Shown here: positions 45,828 through 60,100 of the stretch, one piece after another
How the letters are laid out: every line of letters begins with the position of its first letter
Numbering within the stretch: the first letter of the stretch is position 1
NCBI RefSeq assembly: GCF_026210795.1
Contig: NC_089432.1
Location: 3,658,001 to 3,722,000, forward strand
Direction: 5' to 3'
DNA from: Rhizophagus irregularis
Taxonomy: Eukaryota
DNA length: 64,000 bases
Program-made: the position numbers and the translations under genes
The notes under the pieces: generated by a model
Database searches by the model: none
The model's input: the letters and a program-made list of their open reading frames with translations, nothing else
What the model was told of the DNA's origin: nothing

Positions 45828-47744
45828 ATGGCAAGTGCTTCTTTAAAAAATTTGGTTAGCGGTCCTATTACTCCTCAAATGATTGGTAAATTTTCAATTT
45901 TTTTTTTTATTATTTCTTAAACGCTCAGAAAGAATTTTGTTCCTAAAAAATTTCTTTTTCTCTTTTATCCTTTTAGCATATATTGCTAAAAAGGCTGCGT
46001 CAGTCATTCCTTGCGATCCTCCACCAACACAACTTAATATGTCAACAACACATTCTCAAAACATCGGTGACGACGATCAACAACCTTTACCTCTTTTACA
46101 CAATTTCATACAACGTTTGGTAACAAAATCAAACGTATCGACTGCAACTTTTCTTACAACAATTGTTTATTTGGATCGTTTACGAACAAAATTACCAAAA
46201 CTTGCGAGAGGTATGTTTCATTATAATTTACTATTGTCAATTAATTTCATTAAACACGGCCTTTTGTAATTACGAATCAAATTTCAAAGAATATATTGAT
46301 CTTATCATGTGTTGGTCATGTGATGGTGGCGGTCCTTATTTTAATACTAAATAAGTAAAAAAAAGCCCATTTGATCGACACACATGGAGTTTTTTAATTG
46401 GTGGTCACGGATAATGTTAAAATTTTTAGATCATGAAACACGACATCGGCCGAATTTTATTTAAATCAAGAGAAATGATAAAAAAAAAATATGACGGGGG
46501 TTACAGGAGTATGGTCTGAAAAAAAAAAAAAAAAATTTCCCATATCAACAATGATTAAATTAGAGTTGGTTAAGGCTCATTGTTTCAATGAGTTTGTATT
46601 ATGGTATTATGCTATAGTTATATGAGATTTATATATATAAGAGTGACAGTATTGCATATTATTTTTCCTTCTGTGGAATTGTGCAGTTCCGTGTTATTGA
46701 TACTTTTCCAAATCTGTGTTTAATGAAATTTTGACAACCTGGTTTATTACTGGTTATTATGGCTATTTCCCAGAATTTAACTAACCTTTTTTTCTTTCTT
46801 TGAATTTATAGGAATGCACTGTACGCGTCATAGAGTTTTCCTTGCTACTTTAATAGTCGCATCGTAAGTTTCGGCATTTCTTCTTATAATTTGAACCGTC
46901 TATTTATTATTTGTTTATTGTGTAACATGCCATAATTTTTTTTTTTACGTCGTTACATTTATTTATGGCATGTTATTGCATCGAATGATATTTCCATTTT
47001 CCTACTTTTTCATAAGAAAAAATTTTTTAACCATATCCTATTTTTATCTTATCTAGAAAATATCTAAACGATTCATCACCAAGAAACAAATATTGGGCAA
47101 AATTCTCTGGCGTTTACTCTGTTGCCAAAGTTAATCTAATGGAAAGACAATTACTTTCTTTATTAGACTACGATCTTAGAGTTCAAGAGTCAGATCTATT
47201 ATTTCATCTTAAAGTATTTTTACAACCTAACAATAATAATTCGATGATGGATACTTTAAAACTTCCAACTCCTCAACACATTCATCATCTCACTTATTCA
47301 AATCCACATATTCCAACAACACATCATAAAAATCAAACCCCTCCTCAAAGACAAAATTCTTATCCTCTACAACAAGATTCACAGACTTCAATTACTTCCT
47401 CACTTTCAATTTATAATACAGGACTTAATTCCATGTCAATACCCGCAATAATTTCATCATCATCATCATCAAACAAAAATACTCCATCATATGGATCTAC
47501 ACCTTCATACGCATCTTATATTGACGATTATTGTCAAGATGATGATATGGATACTGATGAAGAAAGAGATGATGGAACTACAATTACAATGGATGAAATA
47601 CTTGAACAATTTATTCCACCTGAACCTAAAAGAGATCAATTTGGAAGAAGGCTTTCTTCGACTTCAAGTTGTTCTTCAGGATCATCATCATCTTCAATAG
47701 CTACTCCCATATCAGCGCAGGCGTATCAACATCAACATCAACAT

Positions 47745-47839
<95 letters not shown>

Positions 47840-48077
47840 ACTGCAATATCAACAATATTATCAACAACAATATTACCTTCAACAATCTTATTTATCTCAA
47901 CAACAATTAAACTTTCAACCTTCATTAAAATCAAACACTTTAAAAGACGCTGGCGTCAATCAATTTGTTCCACCATACTGCGGTTATAATAATCATCAGA
48001 TGGTATTGCCTCCTCCCATTCCTTCATCTACTATAATACAAGGGATGATATATACATCTACACCACAAAGATATTAG
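45828..48077 (+). CDS. Pho85-type cyclin, Pcl1/Pcl2 family (~454 aa; exons 45828-45885, 45977-46210, 46812-46863, 47057-48077)
   Basis: Three GT-AG introns splice to one open 1365-nt frame. Cyclin box FIQRLVTKSNV..TTIVYLDRL..LP..ARGMHCTRHRVFLATLIVASKYLNDSSPRNKYWA..VNLMERQLL.LLDYDL is characteristic of Pcl1/2. Long S/Q-rich tail. Confidence 0.93.
47727..47840 (+). repeat. (CAA)n/(CAT) coding microsatellite encoding polyQ/H
   Basis: About 38 codons, mostly CAA, in cyclin exon 4. Confidence 0.95.
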
Positions 48078-51000
48078 CTTCATTCTCTCTTTCATTTTAA
48101 ATTTGACAGAAATCAAAATTTTCTTTTCCTTTTTTTTGAATAATTGCATGGTTTCCATTTATGGAAACGTTAAATCAAAAAGACAATTTAAACTGTTTAT
48201 ATTTTTTTAAAAAAAATCAAAAGTATGTATATTATTTTTATCTAGTACCTTCAAATCATTGAGAAAAAAAAAATAAATTTATATTTATAATTTTGGGAAT
48301 ATAATTGTGGGAATTGATTTTAATAGACTTTTTTGTACGTTATTAGATTTCATTCTTTTATTTTTTTTTATTCATATTTATCTTTATTTGGAGCTACATG
48401 TAGTATTTAAATATTTATATGCGAATCAACGCGAAAATGATCAAATTATACATTCAGTTCTATTTCTATTAATACATTGTAGATTCCTATTTTTTATTTT
48501 CTTGTTAAATAATTTTTTTCATTCTTTTATTTTTCTTTTTTGTGTATATATATATATTATTTTTTTTAGATTTGTTTTTTCATTCTCTCCTTTTTTCATT
48601 GATTTTTTGGTACTATATTGTTTAAAAAAAGTAAATTAATTCAAAATTGATATCTTAAATAAAACAAGCACGATTACCTTTCGTAATCTAATTTGAATCT
48701 TATAATTATTTCTAACATTGTTATATTTAATGTTTGATTTATTGGTATGCTTATCTTAGTTATCTATTTGTCTTAAATTTATGACTACAATATGTTATAA
48801 TTATTAATTCATTTTAATTAGTGTTTTATTTATAACGAATTGAAATTGTTTATAAGGTACACAACATAGCGAGCTGATTGGTAATTATTATCGAAGAATT
48901 TTCGAAAATTTATTATTATTTAATATTAAAAAATTAAAAAATATTAAAAATATTATTACCGTATGCATCATTAATTTAAGTAGAGACAAGTTTGATTACA
49001 AAAGAATTTGCGTTACAAGTTCTCACGCATTAAACTAAATAAATAAATAATTCTGCAGTATTTATTTACTTTAACAACAATGAATTATGACTAGGTAAGA
49101 AATCTCGTTAATTAATTAATGGTTTAACAAATATAATAATAAATTCTAAGGTTTTATTGGTTTAATAATTTATATGATAGAATTGCGGTGATACTGGGGT
49201 GAATAGGCCTCTTAGTATATTTGATTTTTATTAATACTATGTTTAAATAGGTAGCAATATTTATACAAAAAATTTGCTGAGAAAAAGATTATACTAACAG
49301 GAGAGAATATAACAAATCAAAGGGTCCTTAAACATATCTCTTTAATAATAAATTACAAAAAACATTAACCCACTTTTAATATTCAAATATAAAAATAGAT
49401 TTTGTCACTTGAAACTCTCTCTATTTTATGAAGATCCAAGTTGAATCCATTTGCTAATATAAGTCTGTCTTGTTCCAATTTGCGTAACTTGAGCAAGTAG
49501 ATATTTTCATCAACAAACTATTAAGTCTTGCGATCGAAATATTGATGGCACCGGCGCATTGATAGCATTTTCGGGACAGCCCTATGAATTTCAACACATT
49601 GAAATTTTATCTTCATAATTATGGAGTAAGACTATCCAAAACCTATAATGTCGACGATAGAATGCAAAGAGGATCTTCTATCTATTACTGGACATTGGCA
49701 GCATATGCAATATTTAGCAGTTCTCCTGCTGATATACTTTCAATCCCAAAAAAGCTGTTGAATACGCCTATGACAAATCATATGCATATCCAGTTGGCAG
49801 TGGTAAACTGACAGATTGAGAAGGATTAATATTAGTCAATGTAAAATAAAGTATTTCAATAGGCTGTTGCGGCCAATCCATACATTCAATTATTGGGTGA
49901 ATTGAACACATAGTGTTCTCTCTAGATAAATTTGGCTTTAAAATTCAAATCTACAACTGACTATAGCGCTATATTTTATCCATCTTCGATTTCTCCAGTA
50001 ACACTCCGTGAGCGTTTATAACTTTTAGAAAAATTTTTTTGGTAACAAATATTTCACCTTCCCTCCTGCAATATTTTCTTATAAACTCCACTTTTGTAAC
50101 CAACACTGTGTTAATGATTCTCTCTGACTGAGTTAAGGTAAATCGAAGTCTGATCTTATAATGATATTGATGTCGATGCATCATACGTTTTGCTTTAGGA
50201 GTGGTGTGTAGAGAGACTCGAATATATGGCAAATGATGGAAGTTAAAATAAATTAACATACTATTACGCAAGCCATCAGATTCTGTTAATGTCACCTTTA
50301 TCAGGACGTCCGTTAAAATTAGTTTTTCATGATCTATAATCCGAGATATAAAATTGCGACTTAAGCACGGTTATTTTGATTTTGGACAAAATCTGAATTT
50401 AGGTGTTTTTCCTCTGAATACGACTATAACCTAAACTTTGATTAAATCACAACTAAAATTGTGGCGATATCATTAGAAACATTTCGAAAATTGCACGAAC
50501 CTTGTGTTTGAAATGATGCACAAATATCTGACATGTCATAATACGTCATGATGTTCATGCCGAATTGATTTAACTACCGGCACTCGGATATTTCTTTGGT
50601 ACTTGTGTATGATTCTGAATTTCTTTACGTCAAATTCCTAATCAAGAATGATAACATCACCATGATTATTGGGAATTCTACCATTCAAGGTTAGTTTCAT
50701 TGCTATATAACCCTTTAACTTTTTCCTAAAAGAAATCAACAGTTTCGCTTTGATAGTTTTTTTACATCATTTATCAATATCTGTTTCCATTTTATCTTAT
50801 TAAGTTGTTTCACGATTATGATAATTATGAATTGATCGAAAAGGTAGTTTGGACCATGATTTAATGTCATATTGTAATATATAGACCTCTTACCGATTTT
50901 ACAACGTCTATTGATTCGTCGTTACTAATCTATGGATTCTTATATTCTTGATAAATGATCGGGGCACTCATGATATGGTTGGCTTTATTGAAAATTCCAC

Positions 51001-51922
51001 AAGTATTCAATGACGAAGATATTTCGAATAACTTTTGGTCGCATTTATATAAAGTTTCCATTCACGCCTTCACTTATTCATGGCGAGGTAACGCCTGAAG
51101 ACACTTTAGCCTAGCAATTAAGATCTCGACAATAAGAATTGTCAAATAACATTAAAAGCCAGAAACTTCATATGAACCAAAATGTGACGCACACTCTAAA
51201 CTATTATGTTGTCGTACAGATTGTCGTGTGATCTGCAACATAACATCAAATACGCATAAAAAAATTCCCTATCATGTGACTTTTAGCCGGAATTATGGCA
51301 TTTGGAATTAAGAGTGGCGAAGTATGTGACAGTCAGACAGGATTTCACACATCGAAAAAATTGTCCCTAGAATAGTAAAGATAGAGCGGAGGGGTGACAT
51401 GTTAAAGTTTCTATTCTAAGCTTAAGCCACCAAGTGTCTTTGATTATTCAGCTTTATGGAGAATTATGTGATTGCTATAACTGAGGATCTACAATAAAAT
51501 GGTAGTACGTCATTAATTACATAGCGAGGAATTAAATATTATATCCTATCATTAGATTTATTACACTAATGTCAATTATTAGCTTAATTAAACTTAATAC
51601 CGAAATTCTTTAGGAGCAATTTATTTCGTTCGTTTAAACTAAGCTTGGAAACAAAATTTGTGGACGTTACTATTCCTTGCGTGGATCACAGACTATCTAA
51701 AGTCGGGGAATCGGGACATCATTTTACCAACATAATAATATTAATAATCAATGTTAAAATACAAATATAAAAAGAAGGAATCTACACTCTCATTTCTGTT
51801 TCTTTAAACCTAGTTTCTCTTTTTCTTTCAAAATTAATCGGAATTTCATATTCTTCATTATATAATCTCTGCAATTTGCAAGAATTCTCGTAAAGTTTTT
51901 TTTACGAATTTTTGAGTAAAGA

Positions 51923-52896
51923 ATGACATTTAATGGAAAACCCATCCTCATAAATGGTGCTACAGGTACGTTATATTTGCGCTATTTACGTTTAATTTTT
52001 CAGTAAAAGTGAATTAAATATATTTACTGGTATCTATTAATTAGGAAACGTTGGATCTTCCACGGTTAAGGAATTCCTGGAACAAGGTATTTTTCTGTCA
52101 CATATTGCCATCAGATACCGTTAATTGATTATGTCTAACGGAGGAAGCTAATAATAAGCCATTAAATTTTAGGGGCGCAACATCTCGCTTCAAAGCATCA
52201 TTAGACAAATTAAATGGCAAGGTTGCAAGAAAATTCAGTTCCCACCAAAAAATTAATTCTAATTGCGGTCGACATTTCAAATGATCAAGAACTTAGTAAA
52301 GTTATGAATCAAATTCGTGAAAAACTCTGCCTGAAATTGACCACGTAATTTCTAGTTCTGGAAGTTTGATCATTTGTATGAGAACAATGGAATGCAAATG
52401 TCACTCCTCATTTTGGCAAGTTTATTTATTATAAATAAAAATTAGAAATATTTTCTTTTTTTTAAAAAATTATCATAACTAATTAATATTATAAAAAATA
52501 TTTGTTATATTTAGGAATTTTATCCCATTCTTTTTGAATAAACCTGGATCTAGTTACACTTTAGTTACCGGAGCTAGTGACCTCGTCGACGAAATTGGTC
52601 CTGAAAAAATACCATCGGATATTACGGGAATCTCTCAGACTACTTTATACGGTATCAGTAAAGTTGCTCGATATGAAACAAAAAATCATGCGGTTAAATT
52701 TAATGAGCTTTTAATTGATTATCTTATTGAAGACGATGATACTTATAGAAAACTTGTTTCTCAGGAAAAAGTTCTGATAAACTTCTTCGAAATTTGGTTC
52801 AATTTTTCCTAAAATAGCTAAAAAGTAACCTTAAAGGTGAAGTTATTAAATTCTTCAACAACTGAAAAAGAGTAATTCATTAAAAAATATGCTTAG
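51923..52896 (+). pseudogene. Decayed tandem copy 1 of the short-chain dehydrogenase
   Basis: Colinear with 54711-55713 but has small deletions (e.g. loses GPWW), frameshifts and a premature TAA. Confidence 0.88.
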
Positions 52897-54710
52897 TTTA
52901 ATGTAAATATTTTACAATTACATGTACTATGCATATATATTGTCGTTCACTTTTTACGCTTTTATCTTCTTAAATTGATAATAAAGACGTACAAATATTA
53001 TTTATATTGATATATTCTTGATACCCGTATATAAAGTATATTGCGATTGGTTGATTAATTAACTCAATTTGTCCAAATAATTCTATTAATAATATAGTAT
53101 TTAAAACGTAGTGGGATCGTTGATATTAATAATACATACAAGTTTAGAACAGAATTCATTAATGGTGTCAATCCGATAATATTTGTTCCACAGTTCCACT
53201 TTTTACAGGTACGATAAAAGAACTATATCAAGGGGGCATTATGAACTTAAAGGTAATTCGTCTACTAAGAGATTTCTTGGCAATTTGCTACGACCAATGG
53301 ACAAACAGCCAAGCAACTGGAATCTTAATAAAATTAGTTAAATTATTATTACGGAATTTTATATTTAGAAAGAAAATCTTTAGCCTAGTTTGATCGATAA
53401 ATATATTTTAATCTTTTTTCCAAATTAAAGTAAATGTAGGTGTGGCAAAAATTTGCAATGAATTACTAATTGATCATATTTGATTGATTTTCTTTTCTTG
53501 AAAATGCCTATCGCTATCAATTAATGTTATACAGTAGAAATTTAACAAAAGAATGGCAAGATTAAAAATAATTTAACTGCGTCTATAACCTACAATATCA
53601 AATAATAGCGTCCTTACCTTCAGAAAAGTCTTGATTGTCACTGAAGTGATCCCAGTTTTACCTCTATTTGTTATTTCGAATTTTAATTATCAATTATACA
53701 CATGGCATGAATTGCATTTTTTGATTGATATTCAATAACTGCTTTATTTTCGTCTTTTTATAATACTTAGTGATTTGTTTTTATTGAATGTTTACACAAG
53801 TTTTTAGAAGACATCATGACGAAGTTATTTTGAATAATTTTTGGTCGAATTTATATAAAGTTTTCCATTCACACCTTTAACCTCTGAAAAAATTTTAGCC
53901 TAGCAATTAAGATTTTGATCATAAACATTTGTCAAATAACATTATATTAAAGACTGGAAACTTCTTATAAATGATAAATGTTTCGATCGAAATGTGGTAT
54001 GTGACGGGTGACAAATAGGGTTTCACCCGAAAAATTGTCTTCGGAAATAAGCGGAGGGGTGTGACGGCTGTGACGTGATTTACGATTATATGATCACGTG
54101 GAAGTGAATGCAGGGTCTAGAATTTATTGAAAATTTTCGATGTTGAAAGAATATTACGAATAAATAGCGACAAAAATGAAATTGCGGGAGAAATACATAC
54201 TAAATTTCTTTTCTAAGAACTATCTATTCAGGAGTCAGGAGTCAGAAATCAGGAGTCAGGACTAAGACACAAAGTGTACCTTTGATTATTCAGCTTTATG
54301 GAGAATTAATTATAAATATGATTTTTAATGTTAATAATAACTGCAAAAAAGAGGAGGATCTGCAGTTAAATGTTTATATATTATTAGAAATACAAGTTTC
54401 CAAAATTATTTATTACACTTATGTTATCATTAATTTGTCAGCTTAATATAATATTACCGAAGAAATTCATTTTATTTAAACTAAGTTTGGAGAACAAAAG
54501 ATTTGTGGACGTTACTATTCCTTGATTGAGAAACGTAGATCACAGATTATCTGAATCGATCATAATTTTACCAACTGAACTTTTATTAATAATATTAATA
54601 ATCAACGTTAAAATACAAATATAAAAAAAAATTTGTTGTAAAAGATTCTAATCTGCGCAATTTGCAAGGATTCTTGTAAAGTTTTTTTTTTACGAATGTT
54701 TGAGTAAAGA

Positions 54711-55713
54711 ATGGCATTTAATGGAAAAACCATCCTCATAACTGGTGCTACAGGTACGTTATATTTGCGCTATTACGTTTAATTTCTCAGTAAAGATGAA
54801 TTGTCTGTATTTATATTAATTAGGAAACGTTGGATCTTCCGCGGTTAAGGAATTCCTGGAACAAGGTATTTTTCTGTCACATATTGCGTATTTCAGATAC
54901 TGTTAATTGATTATGTCTAGCGGAAGAAGTTAATAATGGGCCATTAAATTTTAGGGGCAAGTGTTATTGCAACATCTCGCTCCAAAGCATCATTAGATAA
55001 ATTAACGGCAAGGTTGCAAGAAAATTCAGTTCCCACCAAAAAATTAATTCCAATTACAGTCGATATTTCAAATGATCAAGAACTTGGTAAAGTTGCGAAT
55101 CAAATTCGTGAAAAGACGCTGCCTGAAATCGACCACGTAATTTCCAGTTCTGGACCTTGGTGGAAGTTTGATCATTTGTATGATGTTACGTTTGAACAAT
55201 GGAATGAAGTTATGAATGCTAACGTTACCCCCCATTTTGGCAAGTTTATTAAAATAAAATTAGAAATATTTTCTTTTTTGTTTATTAATTTCTATTGTTA
55301 TAAAAAAATTAGTTACGTATAGGAATTTTATTCCACTACTTTTGAATAAACCTGGATCTAGCTACACTTTAATTACGGGAGCTAGTGGCCTCGTCGACGA
55401 AATTGGTCCTGAAAAAATACCATCGGGTATTACGGGAATCTCTCAGACTGTTTTATACGGTATCAGTAGAGTTGCTCGATATGAAACAAGAAATAATGCG
55501 GTTAGATTTAATGAGCTTTTAATTAGTTATCGTATTGAAGATGATGATACTTATAAAAAACTTGTTTCTGAGGGAAAAAGTTCTGATAAACTTACTTCTT
55601 CTTCGAAATTTGGTTCAATTTTTCCTAAGATAGCTAAAAGTAACCTTAAAAGTGAAGTTATTAATATTTCTTCAACAACCGAAAAAGAGGAATTCGAAAA
55701 AAAATATGCTTAG
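54711..55713 (+). CDS. Atypical short-chain dehydrogenase/reductase (~256 aa; exons 54711-54753, 54824-54865, 54955-55239, 55313-55713)
   Basis: Rossmann motif ILITGATGNVG, VIATSRS, VDIS, IDHVISSSGPWW, NVTPHF. The four exons splice to an open 771-nt frame using a GC-AG third intron (donor GCAAGT; copy 3 has GTAAGT at this site). Confidence 0.88.
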
Positions 55714-56708
55714 TTTAACATACAATATTTTACAATTACAATATACTATGCATATATTGTACGTATATATTGTTCACTCTTTTAGTTTCTTAAATTAAAA
55801 TAATAAAGCAAATATCATTTATATTGATATATATTCTTGATACCTATATATAAAGTATATTACGATTGGTTTATCAAATATGATCGATTAACTCAATTTA
55901 TCCAATTCTATTAATAATACAATATTTAAACATTGGTATTAATAATATATAAAAGTTTTGGCCAAGCCTGGCCAAACAGCCAAGTATCAACATGCAACTG
56001 GAATCTTAATAAAATTATTATTGGAAATCTTGATTACGGAATTTATATTTTAGCAAGAAAATATCTAGTTCTAGTTGATCAATAAATGTAATCTTTGGTC
56101 CAAAATTAGAGTGAATGTAGGCGAATTAATTGATCATCATACTTGATCGTAATTAAACTTTTGTTGTCCAAATGTAAATCAATTGATGTTATGCAGTAGA
56201 AATTATTGAACCAATAAAACGAATGAGTCAAACCATCTTTGTAAATTGAAATAATTTAACCCTATGATATCAAATAATAGTCTAATGTGGTACCTTACCT
56301 TTGAGAAAAACTTTTGATTGTCATATCACAGTTTACATTCAATTTGTTATCTGTTATTTCAAATTTTTTGATTATCAAGTATCCACATGACATAAATTGC
56401 ATTTTTTTGATTGATATTCAATAACTGCTGACAATGATTGGTTTTATTGAATGCTCTATAATTTTTACACAAGTATTCAGAAGAAAATATCGAATTAAAG
56501 TTAAAGTTTCAACAAACATAATTTCATTATTTCATATAAAGTTTTCAACCATGGCGAGGTAGCGCCTGAGGGCACTTTAGTCGAGCATTAAATAAAAATA
56601 TGGAAATACTTTCGGAGAGAAATCAGATTGTCGTGATCTGCCGTTTTTTATCATGCGTTAGCGTGGAACCTCTAAAGATGAGAAATTGATCCCGCAATTT
56701 CTTGTTCT

Positions 56709-57124
56709 AGAAGTTTGATCATTTGTATGATGTACTTGAACAATAGAATAATGTCAGTGTTACCCCTCATTTTTGGTAAGTTTGTTTTTAAAATATTTTC
56801 TTTTTGTTAATTAATCAATTTAAAAAAAAATAGTTATGTAGAGGAATTTTATCCACTCCTTTTGAATAAACCGGATCTAGCTACACTTTAGTTACAGGAG
56901 CTAGAATACCATCAGGTATCACAGATTACTTTAAACGGTTTCAGTAATATGGAATATGAAATAATTTAATGAGCATTTAATAATCGCAAAAACTTTGTTC
57001 CTGAGAGTTTACTACCATTTCAAAATTTGCCAAGTTGGTTCCATTTTCCTGAAGTAACCTAAAGGCGAAATTATTAAAATTAGTTCAACATCTGATAAAG
57101 AAGAATTCGAAAAAATATGCTTAA
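56709..57124 (+). pseudogene. 5'-truncated decayed copy 3 of the short-chain dehydrogenase
   Basis: Matches the end of exon 3, intron 3 and exon 4 of the intact copy, with multiple deletions. Confidence 0.85.
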
Positions 57125-60100
57125 TTTAATGAAATATTTACAATTACAATTTGTAGAGTTGTGATATTATATAACACAAAATTGATAACAAATGTTATAT
57201 AATGACACGTTATATAATGTTGTTATATAACACGACGTTACGTAACGGTTTATGTGTTATACAACTGTTATATGCCCATCTCTATCAAATATATATATAC
57301 TGTACCGTATATATATATATGTACGTACATATTACTATCGTTCGCTTTTATTGTGATTTTTATATTGATTATATTGATAATATTGACAATAAAATATACT
57401 GCTGATATTTACTTGTATGTAAAAGTATAAACATACATATATATATTATATTATATCGATTGGTTAACTCGATTTATCCAAATTCTAATAACATTTAAAA
57501 ACGAAATTAATTACTATCATACTAATAATATGTAACCAGTTTTAGAACAGATACATTAAATGAGTTGATAACTAATCTATTATAAGAAATTATATTAAGG
57601 GGTATTGTGAACTTGAAAGAACAAGATGTTAGCATTTAACTACGGCCAAGAGATTTCTTGGCAATTTCAACATTTCGTCAAAATATTAATGGTAATCTTG
57701 ACCACGGAAAATTTTTATTCCTAGTTGATCAATTTGTTTTATACGGAGATGTACCACCCCAAAAATCTTAGTTCCAAGAATTAAAGTTAATGTAGGCTTC
57801 GGATGATAACCCATTTATATACTACTAGATCAGTAAATAACTAATACTTATTGTGGCGTAGTATCAAAGCGTGATGGAATAAAATTTGTACGTAGGCGCG
57901 GCAAAATTTATTTGCGGTGGATTAATTAAAGGATTACAACTCAAACCTCGATGCACTGATACCTTATGTACCAAAAATTGCATGTACCGATAAATTTTCC
58001 ATATCCCATTTCACAATTAATAAAAAAAATTCTCATTGTACCGATGTTATATGTAATCTCTCAATGTATCATATACTGATACTTTTCTTCTGTCTCTTTA
58101 TAATAATGTATAAGTAACATGTACCGATATTTTGTTATAGTAAATTTAAAAAATTTTGCGCCATCTTAATTCCGGTCAGTTTTGGCTTAGCACAAACTAT
58201 AATCTGGGCCACATTATGGTCTATTGATTATCGCTAACGCCTTCATTATTCTCTAAGTTTATCCGAAGTTGGTCATAACGAACGATTAACTGTAACGAAA
58301 AAAATGATGATGCCTACATTACAAGTGTCATCATTAAAACATAATGAATATGTTGGTTAGTAGTAGTTTTATGACGGCTTATTTAGATATATACAAGAAT
58401 CAGTAAAATATAATAATGTCTTCCCATATGTTTCTTGTCAACGAAATTACTACCCTAGATATGACGTTATTTGTCAGAATAAATATCGTCAAAATATTAA
58501 ATATCAATCCCATCATGTTAGTTAATAAATATTATATAGTCTTATTTCGAAAATATTTTCAAGAATTACTAGTTTTTGTACTGTATCAATATAATCATGG
58601 AAAAATATGGTGTTATCTCGAAATCCCCTTGGGAATTCCTTCCAGAAATTCTGACTATAATTTACATCATGTGGAAGTTCTGTGTTTATTCTGTTATGTT
58701 AAAATTTTTACATTAAAATACAATACTAAAGGAATAGCACTATGTAATAATAGAGTCTAACATAATATGTTTTGCATAGTAAACCACAAATGACCCAATT
58801 TTATTTGACTCAGCAATGTGATACAGAATTTCTTTTATTCTTACAACTAGTAATATGTATCTATGGTAACAACCACCTACTTTGCAAAGAAGAAATTTAA
58901 ATACTAAATAAGAAAAGTAAGCAATTTAGATAAAATATAAATGTGGTATAAAATAAGGTTAGTATTATTTTATAGGTATTTTTTTATAATCTTATGTTGC
59001 TTTTTACTAAATTCATTTGCTTCTTCCTTAGCAATTCTATCTTACCAAATTTTCCCTTTTTTCTTCAAATATTGGTTTTGTTATTTTTATTTTGGTATTA
59101 CAAAATAAAATACAAATAATTTGACCTATATTATCCTGTTCCACTTTGATATTTTCAATGTCAGATTTCACAAATATACTTATGGACAAAATATAATTAA
59201 TGAAATAAATAGAATTAACACTATCTATATCAACTGAAACTATTTTGTCATTACAAGTATATATAAGATATAAGGATATTATAAATGGCATATTATAATA
59301 ATATAACTAGAGGTCCAAATCAATTAAATTTATTGTTAATTGATTATTTGGTCAATCTGATTATATAGAATCATTTAGATGATCTGATTAATTGACAATT
59401 TAAATATTCTGGATTTTGTAAAGTTTTTCTTTTTTTTTTAATAAACTAACTTAGGTTAAAGAGGTAAATATTTTGAAAGAGGTCTTAAAAAAAGTTTTTT
59501 TTATATATTTTTTGACATTTTTTCTTATGTAAAAATGGGTTTTAATCGATTTAATTAGTACTATATCACATAACTAATGATTAGCAAATTCTGCAAATCG
59601 GTGGATATATAAGCTCAAAAATAAATATAAATTACAGAAGTATTAGGTTTAAAAAATAAGAAACAATGTTGGCTATTATATTTGATAATTATTTATTACT
59701 TTTTTTAATAAATAAAATTGTTTTTTTAATTATTATTATTCTTTTATAATAGAAAACTATGAGAGAAAATCTTTATAAAAAGAATGTTAATTTTAACTTC
59801 AGTTATAGATTTTAAAAATACATGATAATTTTACAAATCATTTATGCTGTAAATAGATTCTTTGCTAAGAAAATAACCTTCTGAAAAATTTTTTAACTAA
59901 TTTTAAAGTTAATCTCATTATTGTGTTCTACTTATTCTAAAAAATGGAAAACAATAAAACTTTTAATTTTTATTGAAAAGTTTATAAAAAGACATTTTCT
60001 TAATAAAGAATTTATTAATGTTAAATTTTAATTTTTTTTTTTAAAAAAAGTATATAAAAATTAACTTTATTATTATATTGCAATTTGCAGTTTAAAAAAA

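Noticed and set aside
47669..47989. Poly-Thr and poly-Val ORFs
   Set aside because: Alternative frames of the cyclin CAA repeat.
49400..50340. Coding-like region with ORFs 49584-49811 and 49969-50295
   Set aside because: No recognisable motif or consistent frame.
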